55,640 nucleotides of DNA from the IMG/VR virus record IMGVR_UViG_3300014711_000002, positions 1 to 55,640 of that record; one strand, written 5' to 3'. The notes beneath the pieces were generated by a model that worked only from the letters and a program-made list of their open reading frames with translations, had not been told where the DNA came from and ran no database searches. The position numbers were made by a program, and so were the translations under genes. Position 1 is the first letter of the stretch. Every line of letters begins with the position of its first letter. Positions 45,201-53,871 of the stretch are shown piece after piece. The DNA is from a virus. Lineage: Duplodnaviria > Caudoviricetes.

Positions 45201-45236
45201 GGCGTCTCCATGGGTCATGCAAAATCGCATGGCCTC

Positions 45237-45264
45237 ATTATAAGCATTGTGATACTTAACGCAA
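45237..45264 (-). promoter_or_regulatory. Promoter TTGCGT-16-TATAAT with operator 45239-45254
   Basis: Consensus -10 overlapped by TATCAcaatgcTTATA. Confidence 0.75.
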
Positions 45265-45267
45265 CAC

Positions 45268-45621
45268 TTAGCCCAAAATTTTGTCCACGTAGTCGGCGAT
45301 CATCTTCGCCGCCTCGATGACGCGCTGCTCGTCGCCGTCCTTGGATGGCATCTGCGATCGCAGCCACGGGCGAAAGTGTCGGCACAGTGCGCGGTAGTGG
45401 TCCTCGTGGCGCAGGTGCATCCACTCCACGGCTGCGGCGATGGCCTGCACTTCGGCGGGGCTGTAGCCGGTGGCGTCGATCTCGGATGAGGTCTCAACCA
45501 GTCCTTTGAAGCTGGGGCAAACCGAAGGCATGCCCAGGTCTTGGAGGGTTTCGTGCCAGTCAGAGCGCGCCCAGTGGGACAGCAGCTCTGAGCACCAGTC
45601 GGGTTCGATGCGGATCATCAT
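45268..45621 (-). CDS. Putative Q-like antiterminator / late regulator
   Basis: LL..WA......LG.PS.CP.F then helical C-terminus; follows RusA as in lambdoid phages. Confidence 0.5.
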   Translation of the reverse strand: MMIRIEPDWCSELLSHWARSDWHETLQDLGMPSVCPSFKGLVETSSEIDATGYSPAEVQAIAAAVEWMHLRHEDHYRALCRHFRPWLRSQMPSKDGDEQRVIEAAKMIADYVDKILG

Positions 45622-45713
45622 GCCCAAATCACCCACCAGGCGGCTGCACCGATGCAAGTCCAGAAAAAAACAAGCGATGCAATCATGAGCGTGTAAAACT
45701 TTCGGTTGGTCAT
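45618..45713 (-). CDS. Small membrane peptide (31 aa)
   Basis: ATGA overlaps on both sides; GGGAG RBS. Confidence 0.5.
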   Translation of the reverse strand: MTNRKFYTLMIASLVFFWTCIGAAAWWVIWA

Positions 45714-46144
45714 TGCTGACTCCCGATCTGGCTCACCGTCAGGTGCACCGCCCCGCCACGCTCGGGGGGCGTCCACTCCCACACCAGTCGCTGCAGCACC
45801 CGGTTGCTGTCGTCGGCCAGCAGTCCCGCATGCACCAGCGCGTCCAGCAGGCACTTGAGCCGGTTGTCCGCATCCGTCGCCCTCTTGTCCGGCGGCGCAG
45901 CCACCACAGACAGCTCTACAGGCCCAGCAAGGGGGGTAAAACCGTTTATGTGTGCCAACCCCTTACCCGCAAGGATTTGCGTCACCAAGGCCCGATAAGC
46001 CGCGATTTTGGGGTTGAGGTAGTGGCCGCCGGTCTTGGTGTGGCGAGCCTGCACGTTGCCGCTGGGTGGAAACGGCAACTCAAACTCAATTACTGACCCG
46101 CTGGTCAGTAACCGGGTTACTGTGACATTATTCATTTTTTGCAT
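45710..46144 (-). CDS. rusA: RusA Holliday junction resolvase (start uncertain)
   Basis: LPFPPS.N...PPD.R..D.DN.LK.LLDAL...G...DDS. Confidence 0.92.
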   Translation of the reverse strand: MQKMNNVTVTRLLTSGSVIEFELPFPPSGNVQARHTKTGGHYLNPKIAAYRALVTQILAGKGLAHINGFTPLAGPVELSVVAAPPDKRATDADNRLKCLLDALVHAGLLADDSNRVLQRLVWEWTPPERGGAVHLTVSQIGSQQ

Positions 46145-46189
46145 ATTTGTCGGTTCTTTCATGATTAGTTTGAATAAAGGCATTGTGAT

Positions 46190-46460
46190 GTTTTGGGCCA
46201 GTTTTTTGAAAGGTTCTCCACATGCCTCGGCGGATTAACGTTGACAAAAGACAGCCCTCGTATGTAGGGGGAAAAAACACGCGGGAAGAGAGAGAAATAC
46301 AGTAGAAATATAGGGGTATATATATTATTGTTATATCTCTCTAAACCCCTATCCATGCGGCTTTCCAGCGCATACAGACCGTCTGGCAAAAGCTCACTAA
46401 GTCCGGTCATTTTTTGGCCTTTTTGAATTACGTTAGACATTAATGACAGACAGGCGTCCA
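46190..46460. other. AT-rich non-coding region, candidate replication origin
   Basis: Most AT-rich stretch seen; inverted repeat TAGGGGT...ACCCCTA around a TA-rich core; directly downstream of the primase gene. Confidence 0.5.
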
Positions 46461-46463
46461 CGC

Positions 46464-48773
46464 TTATTCCTGCTCTTCTGCGTCCAAAAATTCGGTGCCC
46501 ACGTAGGCGTCCTTTGGTCGTCCTCGGCCGCTTGGTGGATGGATGCGCACCAGTGTCAGGGCACCACGGACCGTGGCTGCAGCCTGCAAAACCTCGTCCT
46601 GCTCTCTGGGTTTGAGGGCGCGGAACGACCGGCTCAGTTGGCTTATCTCGCGCTTGGACAGGCCTCGCTTGCCCTTGCCTCGCACGATTCGGACGATGTC
46701 ATTGACGACCTTGTCGAAGTCGCTGTCGCTGATCCTGGCCTTCAGCTCAAGCTCCATGCGGGTGTAGACCGCCCGGACAAAGTCGATGCCCCACTGTGCT
46801 GCGCTGGGGCTGATGCTGAGGGTTTCTTGCTCGATCATGGCTGCCAAAGCCTCGGTGTCGGCCACCTCTGACACTGCATAGATCAGGGCCAATTGCCGGG
46901 CAAACACCCCGCCGCGAAGCCACAAGGGGGTCATGTTGAACTTTTGCAGGTCGTGCTGCCTGTCCACACACATGGAGTCAAACTTGTCGAACAGCTTGGC
47001 TGCCATGGGTGAGACGGGCACGTCGCGGGCTTTTGCGCCCGTGATGTCCTCCCCGCCTCTGAGGGGTGCAATGCCACCGCGAACGCGCTTGATCCACTCG
47101 ATCAGCGCCCCTGGGGCGTCCTCATTGGATGGCCGCTGGCCATGCGCTGCAAGCTCGGGGCCAAAGACGATCATCATCCGGTTGATGGCACCGGACAAGA
47201 TGTCGGCACCGGACAGGGCCGGAAACAGCTCTGCCTGGGTCGTGGTGGCGTTCAAATTCATGCACGGGTACATGACCTGCGTGTCCTTGTCCGCATCGGC
47301 GTAATCCGTGCCTCGATAGATCTTGTGAGCGGAGGTGGCCAGCTCCATCATTTCGACCATGATTTGCTTTTCATGGCTGCCTGAGTTCTTGGCTCGCATG
47401 GCTTGCAGGCGCAGTCCAAACTCGTCGATCTGGTACACGGTGCAGGGGGACTTCTGAAGTCTGGCGACAAGGCCAGCAGCCGACGCGATCCTGGCCGCGC
47501 CAACAAGGCCGCCGCACCCTGCCAGAGACAGGGCCTGGTCAACGCATGTTGGCCCATGCTCCTTGCCAGTGCCGGACCCTGCGGCCGAGACAAACATCAA
47601 GTTGGTGCGCAGCTTTCCTTCCACGCTGAAGATCCGTCCCATGGCCGTGGCCAGCAGCGAGATCGTGCTCACCGCCAGCAGCTCAGGAAGTGGTCGATAG
47701 GCGGTGCGCATCATCCATTGGTATGTCGTGGCCATCATCCCCGGCATGCTGTCGATCAGGCTTTTGGGTATTGATGGCGGCAGCTCAACATCGTCTTGAG
47801 CAGATGCCTCGCTGTCGCTGACCGTGATGCTGATTGATGGCGCTTCTGCCTTGCCTCGGATTTTTGCGGTGTTTGTCCAGCCGTACTCTTGAGCGATGTG
47901 GAAAACCGTTTTGTAGGTGATGTCCTTGGGGGCAAAACCTTGCCAGCGGTAGACGATCTCCCCGGCCTTGTACTTGGGGCTGCGCTGGCTCCACTGATCC
48001 CAAATGTCCAGGCCAGCGTCGCCAATCGTTTTCAGGGCGTGGCCGACGCGCACCCACGTGTCGCGGTCGTCTGGATCAACGCAGGTCAGCGCAGACCGCA
48101 GGTCGGCCATGGCCACCTCGTCCACGCTGTACGTTGCCATGGCGCGGCTGACGGATGTGATTGTGGGCCTGTGCGCCACGTCCATGAGCCAGCCGGGTGC
48201 CATTTCAATGCTGATACCGTCAAGCGGACTTGAGCTAACCTCCCAGTCGTAAGTCCGGCCCGTCTCATGCAGCGATGGCTCGACCATGATGTAGCCGCCG
48301 CCTTGCTTGATGTCGATGCCCGGAGCCAGCTTGCCTGCAAACTTCATCCCCGCAGGGACTTGGTAGCACAGATGCTTGCCGCCACCGCCCGTGAGTTGGT
48401 CCCAAGTGTCGGGAAACTTCCCGTGCTTGGCCTCAAGGTCTTGGAACTGATAGTCGCCCCCATTTCTGGGGTCCACGTCAATCACGATCATGCCGTCAGG
48501 AACGGCCACCGCCAGGTTCATTGTCGGGTGCAGGTCGATGGCCGCATGCAAAGCTGCGACATCGTTGCTGGCGCTGTGAACGCCGGACTTGAACGGCCCA
48601 ACGGTAAGCGGGTGTTTTCCGGGCTTTTGATCGCAGTGCTCACCCTTCTGGCAAGCGCAAATGTATTTGCCGCCCTCGTTCTTGATGCCCCACACCGGGA
48701 GCACCTTCAGGCCAAGTTCTACGTATTGCTCAACGTACCATTTGAGCTTTTCGACGTTGAGCACATCAGTCAT
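46464..48773 (-). CDS. Bifunctional primase-polymerase + PriCT-2 + helicase-like (DUF3987-like) domain
   Basis: GKHP...N.A......VIDVD.R.GG...TGGGG.H...GIDI...GGY...PS.H..G..Y.W; W..VG.AL...W..WS; A.SG.GK...DEFG. Confidence 0.92.
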   Translation of the reverse strand: MTDVLNVEKLKWYVEQYVELGLKVLPVWGIKNEGGKYICACQKGEHCDQKPGKHPLTVGPFKSGVHSASNDVAALHAAIDLHPTMNLAVAVPDGMIVIDVDPRNGGDYQFQDLEAKHGKFPDTWDQLTGGGGKHLCYQVPAGMKFAGKLAPGIDIKQGGGYIMVEPSLHETGRTYDWEVSSSPLDGISIEMAPGWLMDVAHRPTITSVSRAMATYSVDEVAMADLRSALTCVDPDDRDTWVRVGHALKTIGDAGLDIWDQWSQRSPKYKAGEIVYRWQGFAPKDITYKTVFHIAQEYGWTNTAKIRGKAEAPSISITVSDSEASAQDDVELPPSIPKSLIDSMPGMMATTYQWMMRTAYRPLPELLAVSTISLLATAMGRIFSVEGKLRTNLMFVSAAGSGTGKEHGPTCVDQALSLAGCGGLVGAARIASAAGLVARLQKSPCTVYQIDEFGLRLQAMRAKNSGSHEKQIMVEMMELATSAHKIYRGTDYADADKDTQVMYPCMNLNATTTQAELFPALSGADILSGAINRMMIVFGPELAAHGQRPSNEDAPGALIEWIKRVRGGIAPLRGGEDITGAKARDVPVSPMAAKLFDKFDSMCVDRQHDLQKFNMTPLWLRGGVFARQLALIYAVSEVADTEALAAMIEQETLSISPSAAQWGIDFVRAVYTRMELELKARISDSDFDKVVNDIVRIVRGKGKRGLSKREISQLSRSFRALKPREQDEVLQAAATVRGALTLVRIHPPSGRGRPKDAYVGTEFLDAEEQE

Positions 48774-49131
48774 TGACACGCTCCTTGATAACTCTGCAAG
48801 CAAAGGCGGTGTCCAGTTCGTCCCATGCGCGAAGCAATGGGCTATCAAGACGGTCTGGCTTGGTGAAGGCCAAGCGACGCAAAGCTGACAGGGCCTCTCT
48901 GTACCCGTTCGCATACTCTCGGCTCATTGGCTTAGCCCTGTGCTTTCGCAAGGCCAAATCAATGCGAGGTAGACCGCGCACGCTGAAGTCAGATTCGACC
49001 TCGTACACCACAAACTTGTGAGCGTGGCCGTGGTAGAGAATGAAATCGTTGCAGATCGACTCAGCGTGTGCTGCTATTGCATACACGCCATCGAATGCTG
49101 CGCCGTCATTCATGTTGATGACAAAACCCAT
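48766..49131 (-). CDS. Hypothetical protein
   Basis: AAAGG RBS; overlaps the primase start. Confidence 0.65.
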   Translation of the reverse strand: MGFVINMNDGAAFDGVYAIAAHAESICNDFILYHGHAHKFVVYEVESDFSVRGLPRIDLALRKHRAKPMSREYANGYREALSALRRLAFTKPDRLDSPLLRAWDELDTAFACRVIKERVND

Positions 49132-49170
49132 CGTTGAACCTTTCGATACGAACCAAAAACAAAAGCGCAT

Positions 49171-49227
49171 CGGCAGGAGGTGGTTCAAGTCTCTTTTCGG
49201 TCCGGGGAGCTACCCCTCGCCTAGCCG
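49171..49227 (-). ncRNA. Candidate structured leader RNA of the replication operon
   Basis: CGGC-U-AGG...GGGG-UAGCU-CCCC...GAAAAG...CCU-GCCG nested stems followed by a U-rich run. Confidence 0.4.
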
Positions 49228-49304
49228 TGGCCAATAACTATTGTGATACTTCAAGCATAAAAAGACACCCTGAAGCGGGCCGAATCACTGCGCTTGCAAG
49301 TACT

Positions 49305-49505
49305 TCACGCGCGTGATACTGTGCGCTTCGCCATCAGGGGTGTGGCCTTGAGTTTTCCCTTGGTGACGTGCTCGATGCGTAACTGCTGGATGTGCGGGAT
49401 TTGACCTCGTTTTTTCCAGTTGCTGACGGCGGGCTGTTTGACGCCCAGAGCTTCCGCCAGCAGTGCTTGGCTGCCAAAGTGTTTAATGACCTGATCTATT
49501 TTCAT
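49305..49505 (-). CDS. cro: Cro-like repressor
   Basis: I.HFGSQ..LA.ALGV.QPAVS.W...IP...Q..IE..T.G.L; divergent from cI. Confidence 0.92.
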   Translation of the reverse strand: MKIDQVIKHFGSQALLAEALGVKQPAVSNWKKRGQIPHIQQLRIEHVTKGKLKATPLMAKRTVSRA

Positions 49506-49533
49506 TGTGTCCTTTCACAAAGGTTTGCGGGCG

Positions 49534-49561
49534 AGTATAACCGCTGTTAACGTTTACGCAT
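49534..49561 (-). promoter_or_regulatory. cro promoter (-10 TATACT) with operator variant 49536-49551
   Basis: TATAAccgctgTTAAC in the cI-cro intergenic gap. Confidence 0.6.
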
Positions 49562-49577
49562 AGAGTACGTACGTTCA

Positions 49578-49961
49578 ATGCCTCCGACACTCATACCGGG
49601 TAAGCTAGACCCTGCATTTCAACGATGGGCACGGGACGCCTCCATAGGGGATAGGCTGAGATGGCTCTTAGAGGCGCGAAACATGAAGCAAACCGAGCTG
49701 GCCGAAAAGATCGGCCAGACGCAGGCCAGCATCAGCAACGTCATAACACAATCATCCCGAAAGCCCAGCGCACCGGCCCTGCTGAAGATGGCAGCCGCGC
49801 TTGAGTGCTCACCGGAATGGATCATCACGGGCGAAGGTCACCCCTTCGAAATCAGCACCGTCGGTCGCAAGGCCGAAAAAGAACTGCTGGCAGCGTTCCG
49901 TGACATGGACCCGCAGGCCCAGGCCGCTCTGATTGCAGCTGCAAAGGCCATGAAAAAATAA
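49578..49961 (+). CDS. cI: CI-like XRE repressor lacking the S24 autopeptidase domain
   Basis: IGDRLR.......Q.ELA.KIG.TQ.SIS......RKP....L..MA.AL.CS..W..TG.G; 127 aa. Confidence 0.85.
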   Translation: MPPTLIPGKLDPAFQRWARDASIGDRLRWLLEARNMKQTELAEKIGQTQASISNVITQSSRKPSAPALLKMAAALECSPEWIITGEGHPFEISTVGRKAEKELLAAFRDMDPQAQAALIAAAKAMKK

Positions 49962-49989
49962 CCGCGCTTCACATACTTGATAAAAACAT

Positions 49990-50012
49990 AGGGGCTTTGA
50001 TGCCCCTTTGTT
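49990..50012 (+). terminator. Hairpin after cI
   Basis: AGGGGC-tttgat-GCCCCT-TTGTT. Confidence 0.6.
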
Positions 50013-50040
50013 GACTTGTGAATATCACGCCTGTTATAGT
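50011..50040 (+). promoter_or_regulatory. Early promoter TTGACT-18-TATAGT with operator 50023-50038
   Basis: Near-consensus boxes; TATCAcgcctgTTATA. Confidence 0.8.
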
Positions 50041-50087
50041 TCACTCACTGGCCGGGCAGTTCCCCGGACGAGACAGAGGAGTCCGAC

Positions 50088-50375
50088 ATGAACGTCAAAA
50101 ACGCGCTGCACGACAACTGCACAAATTTGATCAATTTTTTAAATCAAATGATTGCCAGCCTTGAGGTTGCCAACGCTGGTCTGCACACGCTGCCCGACAG
50201 TTTTTTGATTGACAAAGATTGGCAACGCCAGCACAACCTGCGCACCATCGAGACTTACAAAGACGAGATCGTGGAGTTGGAAGACCTGCGCGACGGTCAC
50301 ATCACCGTGGCCCGCCTTGGAACTGCCCGTCGTTTCTTCAACGCCATGCCCGAGTGGGCCACCTACGGCACCTGA
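50088..50375 (+). CDS. Hypothetical early protein
   Basis: GAGGAG RBS; first gene from the early promoter. Confidence 0.7.
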   Translation: MNVKNALHDNCTNLINFLNQMIASLEVANAGLHTLPDSFLIDKDWQRQHNLRTIETYKDEIVELEDLRDGHITVARLGTARRFFNAMPEWATYGT

Positions 50376-50404
50376 AGTATCAGCATTGAAATTGGAGAGA
50401 CAAA

Positions 50405-50533
50405 TTGAGATACGACATTTTTGAGTTCACCACCGAAGGCATGACCTTCAGCCAGCGCGCTTGGCGCGTGGCATTTCTGCTGGCCTGCATTGCGGTCTGC
50501 GCCCTTGACTTGTTTGTGTGGCGGCCAGCATGA
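50405..50533 (+). CDS. Small membrane protein ending LDLFVWRPA
   Basis: GGAGAG RBS + TTG (alternative ATG 50441); one TM segment. Confidence 0.55.
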   Translation: MRYDIFEFTTEGMTFSQRAWRVAFLLACIAVCALDLFVWRPA

Positions 50534-50733
50534 CCGCCCGCCGCACAGACCCACTCATCCCCGTCGGGCATCCCGACTTCATTTGGCACGCTGGTGCCGA
50601 TGTGCAAGCGACTTGGCGCAAGTACGGCTGGACACCGCCGTCAGAGTCAAAAAATCTTGACGAAAAAAACCTTGCAGCACTTCACAATGCTGATACACTT
50701 ACCACCTCAACACGTTTTTTAACCGCTCCATAA
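50530..50733 (+). CDS. Small hypothetical protein (DV..TWR.YGW.PP motif)
   Basis: ATGA overlap; 3' end overlaps the next promoter. Confidence 0.55.
   Translation: MTARRTDPLIPVGHPDFIWHAGADVQATWRKYGWTPPSESKNLDEKNLAALHNADTLTTSTRFLTAP
50672..50699 (+). promoter_or_regulatory. Promoter TTGCAG-16-TACACT with operator 50680-50695
   Basis: A-tract upstream; CTTCAcaatgcTGATA. Confidence 0.65.
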
Positions 50734-50743
50734 GGACACCATC

Positions 50744-51127
50744 ATGCAAGCAATCATTATCAACGAACTTGTCGCAGCGCGCATCGAGGCCAAGCGAGCC
50801 GAAGACTCTGCTGTCGCGGCCCGTCGTCAAATTGACGAACTCATCGCCGACATGCTGCACGATCCGGCCAAGGCCGAGGGCACCGTCAGCCAGAAGGCTG
50901 GCGAGTACAAGGTCAGCGTGACATACAAAGTCTCACGCAAGGTCGCCACTGACGACTTGCAAAAGGTCTGGGACAAGCTTACCGCCGAACAGCAGGGCGC
51001 ATTCAAGTGGTCTGCCGACGTCAGCGTGAGTGCCATGCGCAAGCTGGACGACAAGGGTCAGGCTGCTGTGGCGAAGTTCATCACCAGCAAGCCCGCATCG
51101 CCCACCATTTCCATCGAAGCTGTTTAA
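50744..51127 (+). CDS. Conserved protein of the recombination cluster
   Basis: AK..E..A...RR.I....K..RKV...F.W..D.....KP..P.I.I; TAAGGA RBS. Confidence 0.75.
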   Translation: MQAIIINELVAARIEAKRAEDSAVAARRQIDELIADMLHDPAKAEGTVSQKAGEYKVSVTYKVSRKVATDDLQKVWDKLTAEQQGAFKWSADVSVSAMRKLDDKGQAAVAKFITSKPASPTISIEAV

Positions 51128-51136
51128 GGAATCACA

Positions 51137-51886
51137 ATGGCTATTTCCCTCTCATCCATCTCCCGCACCCGCCGCGTGCGCGCCCCCAAAGTCGTCATTG
51201 CGGGTCCAGGCAAGATTGGAAAAACAACCTTTGCCGCAATGGCCCCCAACGCCATCGGCATCCTGACCGAAGACGGCGCTGACGCGGTGGACGCGCAGGC
51301 CTTCCCTCTGGCCAAGTCGCTCACCGATGTGTACGAGGCCATTGGCGTCTTGCTGAACGAAGACCACGAGTTCCAAACCCTGTTCATTGACTCGCTGGAC
51401 TGGCTCGAGCCCATGCTCCAGCAGCACGTCTGCGAGAAGAACGGCTGGAAGAACATCGAGGCCCCCGGCTTCGGCAAGGGCTACATCGAGGCCGCTGCTG
51501 AGTGGCGCAACCTGCTCAACGGCTTGGAAGCCCTGCGCTCCGAGAAGGGCATGGGCATCATCCTGATCGCCCACGACAAGATCCGCCGCGTCGAAGACCC
51601 GCTGACCGAAGGCTACGACAGCCACGTCCTCAAGCTGCACGATCGCGCATCTGGCCTGGTCATGGAGTGGGCCGACGTCATCGGTTTTTGCGGCTACCGC
51701 ATCTTCACCAGCAAGACCGACGCTGGCTTCGGCAACAAGGAAACGAAAGCCACCACCACCGGCGAACGCATCCTGCACGTCGAGCCGCACCCAGCGCACT
51801 GCGGTGGCAACCGCTTCGGCATGGCCAACATGCCGCTGGACTGGAACCAATTTGCTGCCTCTCTGGCAGCGATCAATCAAGCCTAA
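51137..51886 (+). CDS. Sak4-like AAA_24 ATPase (recombinase)
   Basis: GPGKIGKT Walker A; TL.IDSLDWLE; GFGKGY; IAH; EWAD. Confidence 0.9.
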   Translation: MAISLSSISRTRRVRAPKVVIAGPGKIGKTTFAAMAPNAIGILTEDGADAVDAQAFPLAKSLTDVYEAIGVLLNEDHEFQTLFIDSLDWLEPMLQQHVCEKNGWKNIEAPGFGKGYIEAAAEWRNLLNGLEALRSEKGMGIILIAHDKIRRVEDPLTEGYDSHVLKLHDRASGLVMEWADVIGFCGYRIFTSKTDAGFGNKETKATTTGERILHVEPHPAHCGGNRFGMANMPLDWNQFAASLAAINQA

Positions 51887-51942
51887 TGCAGCAGGGGCTT
51901 TATACCTGCCGCGCACATTGCCATCTTTAAGGAGCACCCACC

Positions 51943-52446
51943 ATGGCGAATTTTTCTTTTGACACCAGCACCGTTGAAAAACGCGAGAACAATTATGAAT
52001 TGTTGCCAGCAGGCGACTATGTGGCGCAAGTCACCGAGTCCAGCATTGAGCCGCTGAAGTCCGGCAACGGCCAGTGCTTGAAGCTGACTGTGACAGTGCT
52101 GCAAGAGGGCTACAACGGCCGCAAAATCTTCTGCCGCCTGAACGTGCAGCACACCAACCCGACCGCCGAGCAGATCGCCCAGCAACAACTGCGCGAGCTG
52201 TGCGACGCCATCGGCGTGGTGCGCATGACCGACACGACCGAGCTGCACAACAAGCCCTTCGTGGCCCGCGTGAAGATTCGTGTGAGCAAGGACCCGCAGT
52301 ACACCGACCAGAACGAGATCAGCGGGTTCAAGCCTGCAGGCGGTGCCACCGCACCCCGTCCGGCTTTTGCAGCGCCAGCGGCCAACGCACCAGTGGCATC
52401 GCCCGCCGCTGGCTCCACACCACCTTGGGCAAAAAAGACAGCCTGA
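51943..52446 (+). CDS. DUF669-like single-stranded DNA-binding protein
   Basis: LP.G.Y...I......K.GNG..L.L.....G...GR.....LN...NEI..F; Pro/Ala tail ending PPW. Confidence 0.85.
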   Translation: MANFSFDTSTVEKRENNYELLPAGDYVAQVTESSIEPLKSGNGQCLKLTVTVLQEGYNGRKIFCRLNVQHTNPTAEQIAQQQLRELCDAIGVVRMTDTTELHNKPFVARVKIRVSKDPQYTDQNEISGFKPAGGATAPRPAFAAPAANAPVASPAAGSTPPWAKKTA

Positions 52447-52557
52447 TTTTTCGGGGCCGCAAAAACGGATGCTGTGCGCTGGGGGTTCTCGGCGATGCAA
52501 CACAGTGCAGCGAGTAACGGCCCCACCTATTTCCATCAACCAACCAAGAAAGAACCT

Positions 52558-52758
52558 ATGAGCACACATATCTATGCGGTCCAAGGCCCCGACGCCTTCC
52601 GCCTGGTCGAAGCAACCAGCAAGCACGCAGCCCTGCGCCACGTTGCCCGCGACATCCTGACCGTTGAGCGCGCCAGCCAGAAGACTCTGGTGGCCGCGAT
52701 GACCGACGGCGTGAAGGTCGAAGTTGCTGGCTCACTGGTGACTGAGAACGAAGAGTAA
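52558..52758 (+). CDS. Small hypothetical protein
   Basis: IY.V......RLV.A.....ALRHVA motif. Confidence 0.7.
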   Translation: MSTHIYAVQGPDAFRLVEATSKHAALRHVARDILTVERASQKTLVAAMTDGVKVEVAGSLVTENEE

Positions 52759-52818
52759 TCAGCCTGTGCCCTCGCGTGCGGGGGCATGGATTGTTTATTC
52801 ACCACGGAGAAAATCCCA

Positions 52819-53871
52819 ATGGCCACCCTGCCCGAACCCAAGCACACCACCGTCGCCCGCATCTACGAGGCGTATGAGAACGATGCGGACGATGGCAACC
52901 GCCCTCACCTGGGTGCCAGCCTGATTGGCCACGCCTGCGAGCGCTACCTGTGGATGACCTTCCGCTGGGTCGACAGCAAGAAGTTTCCCGGCCGCATGCT
53001 GCGCCTGTTCGAGACTGGCCAACTGGCCGAGGCCCGCTTCACAGCCAACCTGCGCCGCATCGGTGTCGAGGTCCACGACGTCACCCCCGACGGCCAGCAG
53101 TGGCGCGTGTCTGACCTTGGCGGCCACTTCGGTGGCTCCATGGACGGCGCTGCCCGTGGCTTCCCCGAAGCACCAAAGACCTGGTCGGTGGTGGAAATGA
53201 AGACCCACAACGACAAGTCCTTTGCCGCACTGGTGAAGGAAGGCGTGCAGAAGTCCAAGCCCATGCACTATGCGCAAATGATGGTTTATTGCGGCTACAC
53301 CGGCATGGACCGGGCGGTTTACCTGGCCGTCAACAAGAACACCGACGAGCTGTACAGCGAGCGCATCGAGTTCGACCCCGTCGAGTTCGCCCGCCTGAAG
53401 GCCCGCGCCGAGCGAGTGATCCGCGCCGCCGAGCCGCCGCTCAAGTGCAGCGAAGACCCGAGCTGGTACGTGTGCAAGATTTGTTCGTTCCATGAGAACT
53501 GTCATGGCGAGGCTGCGCCAGCCGTGACGTGCCGCACCTGCGCGCACAGCACGCCGGAGATGGATGGTGACTCACGGTGGAGTTGCACCCAGCACCGTGC
53601 CGACCGGACGATCGAAGACCAGCGCACCGGCTGCGACCAGCACCGCTACATCCCAATCCTCCTCCAGAACTTCGCCAAGCAGTCGGACTATGTCAATGGT
53701 GATGTGGTCTACGAAACCGAGACCGGGCCGTTCGTCAACGGCGACCCCAGCAACGGCGCATTGGCATCGCAGGAGATCCGCGACTGCCAGCAGAAGGTCA
53801 TGCTGGCCGACTGCTACCGGATCAAGTCGGAGCTGATGGGTATGGGTGTGGATGCGAAGGTCGTGGCCTGA
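52819..53871 (+). CDS. Cas4-like PD-(D/E)XK exonuclease
   Basis: LGAS.IG..C.R.LW..FR...G..DG...E.KT...Q...Y...C..C.F...C plus additional Cys cluster. Confidence 0.88.
   Translation: MATLPEPKHTTVARIYEAYENDADDGNRPHLGASLIGHACERYLWMTFRWVDSKKFPGRMLRLFETGQLAEARFTANLRRIGVEVHDVTPDGQQWRVSDLGGHFGGSMDGAARGFPEAPKTWSVVEMKTHNDKSFAALVKEGVQKSKPMHYAQMMVYCGYTGMDRAVYLAVNKNTDELYSERIEFDPVEFARLKARAERVIRAAEPPLKCSEDPSWYVCKICSFHENCHGEAAPAVTCRTCAHSTPEMDGDSRWSCTQHRADRTIEDQRTGCDQHRYIPILLQNFAKQSDYVNGDVVYETETGPFVNGDPSNGALASQEIRDCQQKVMLADCYRIKSELMGMGVDAKVVA

Noticed and set aside
46165-46461. 98-aa minus-strand ORF
   Set aside because: Runs through the AT-rich repeat region with atypical composition and no RBS; more likely non-coding.
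52819-53871. CRISPR-Cas system suggested by the Cas4-like nuclease
   Set aside because: No array or other cas genes seen; the gene sits in a standard Sak4-SSB-exonuclease-helicase cluster.
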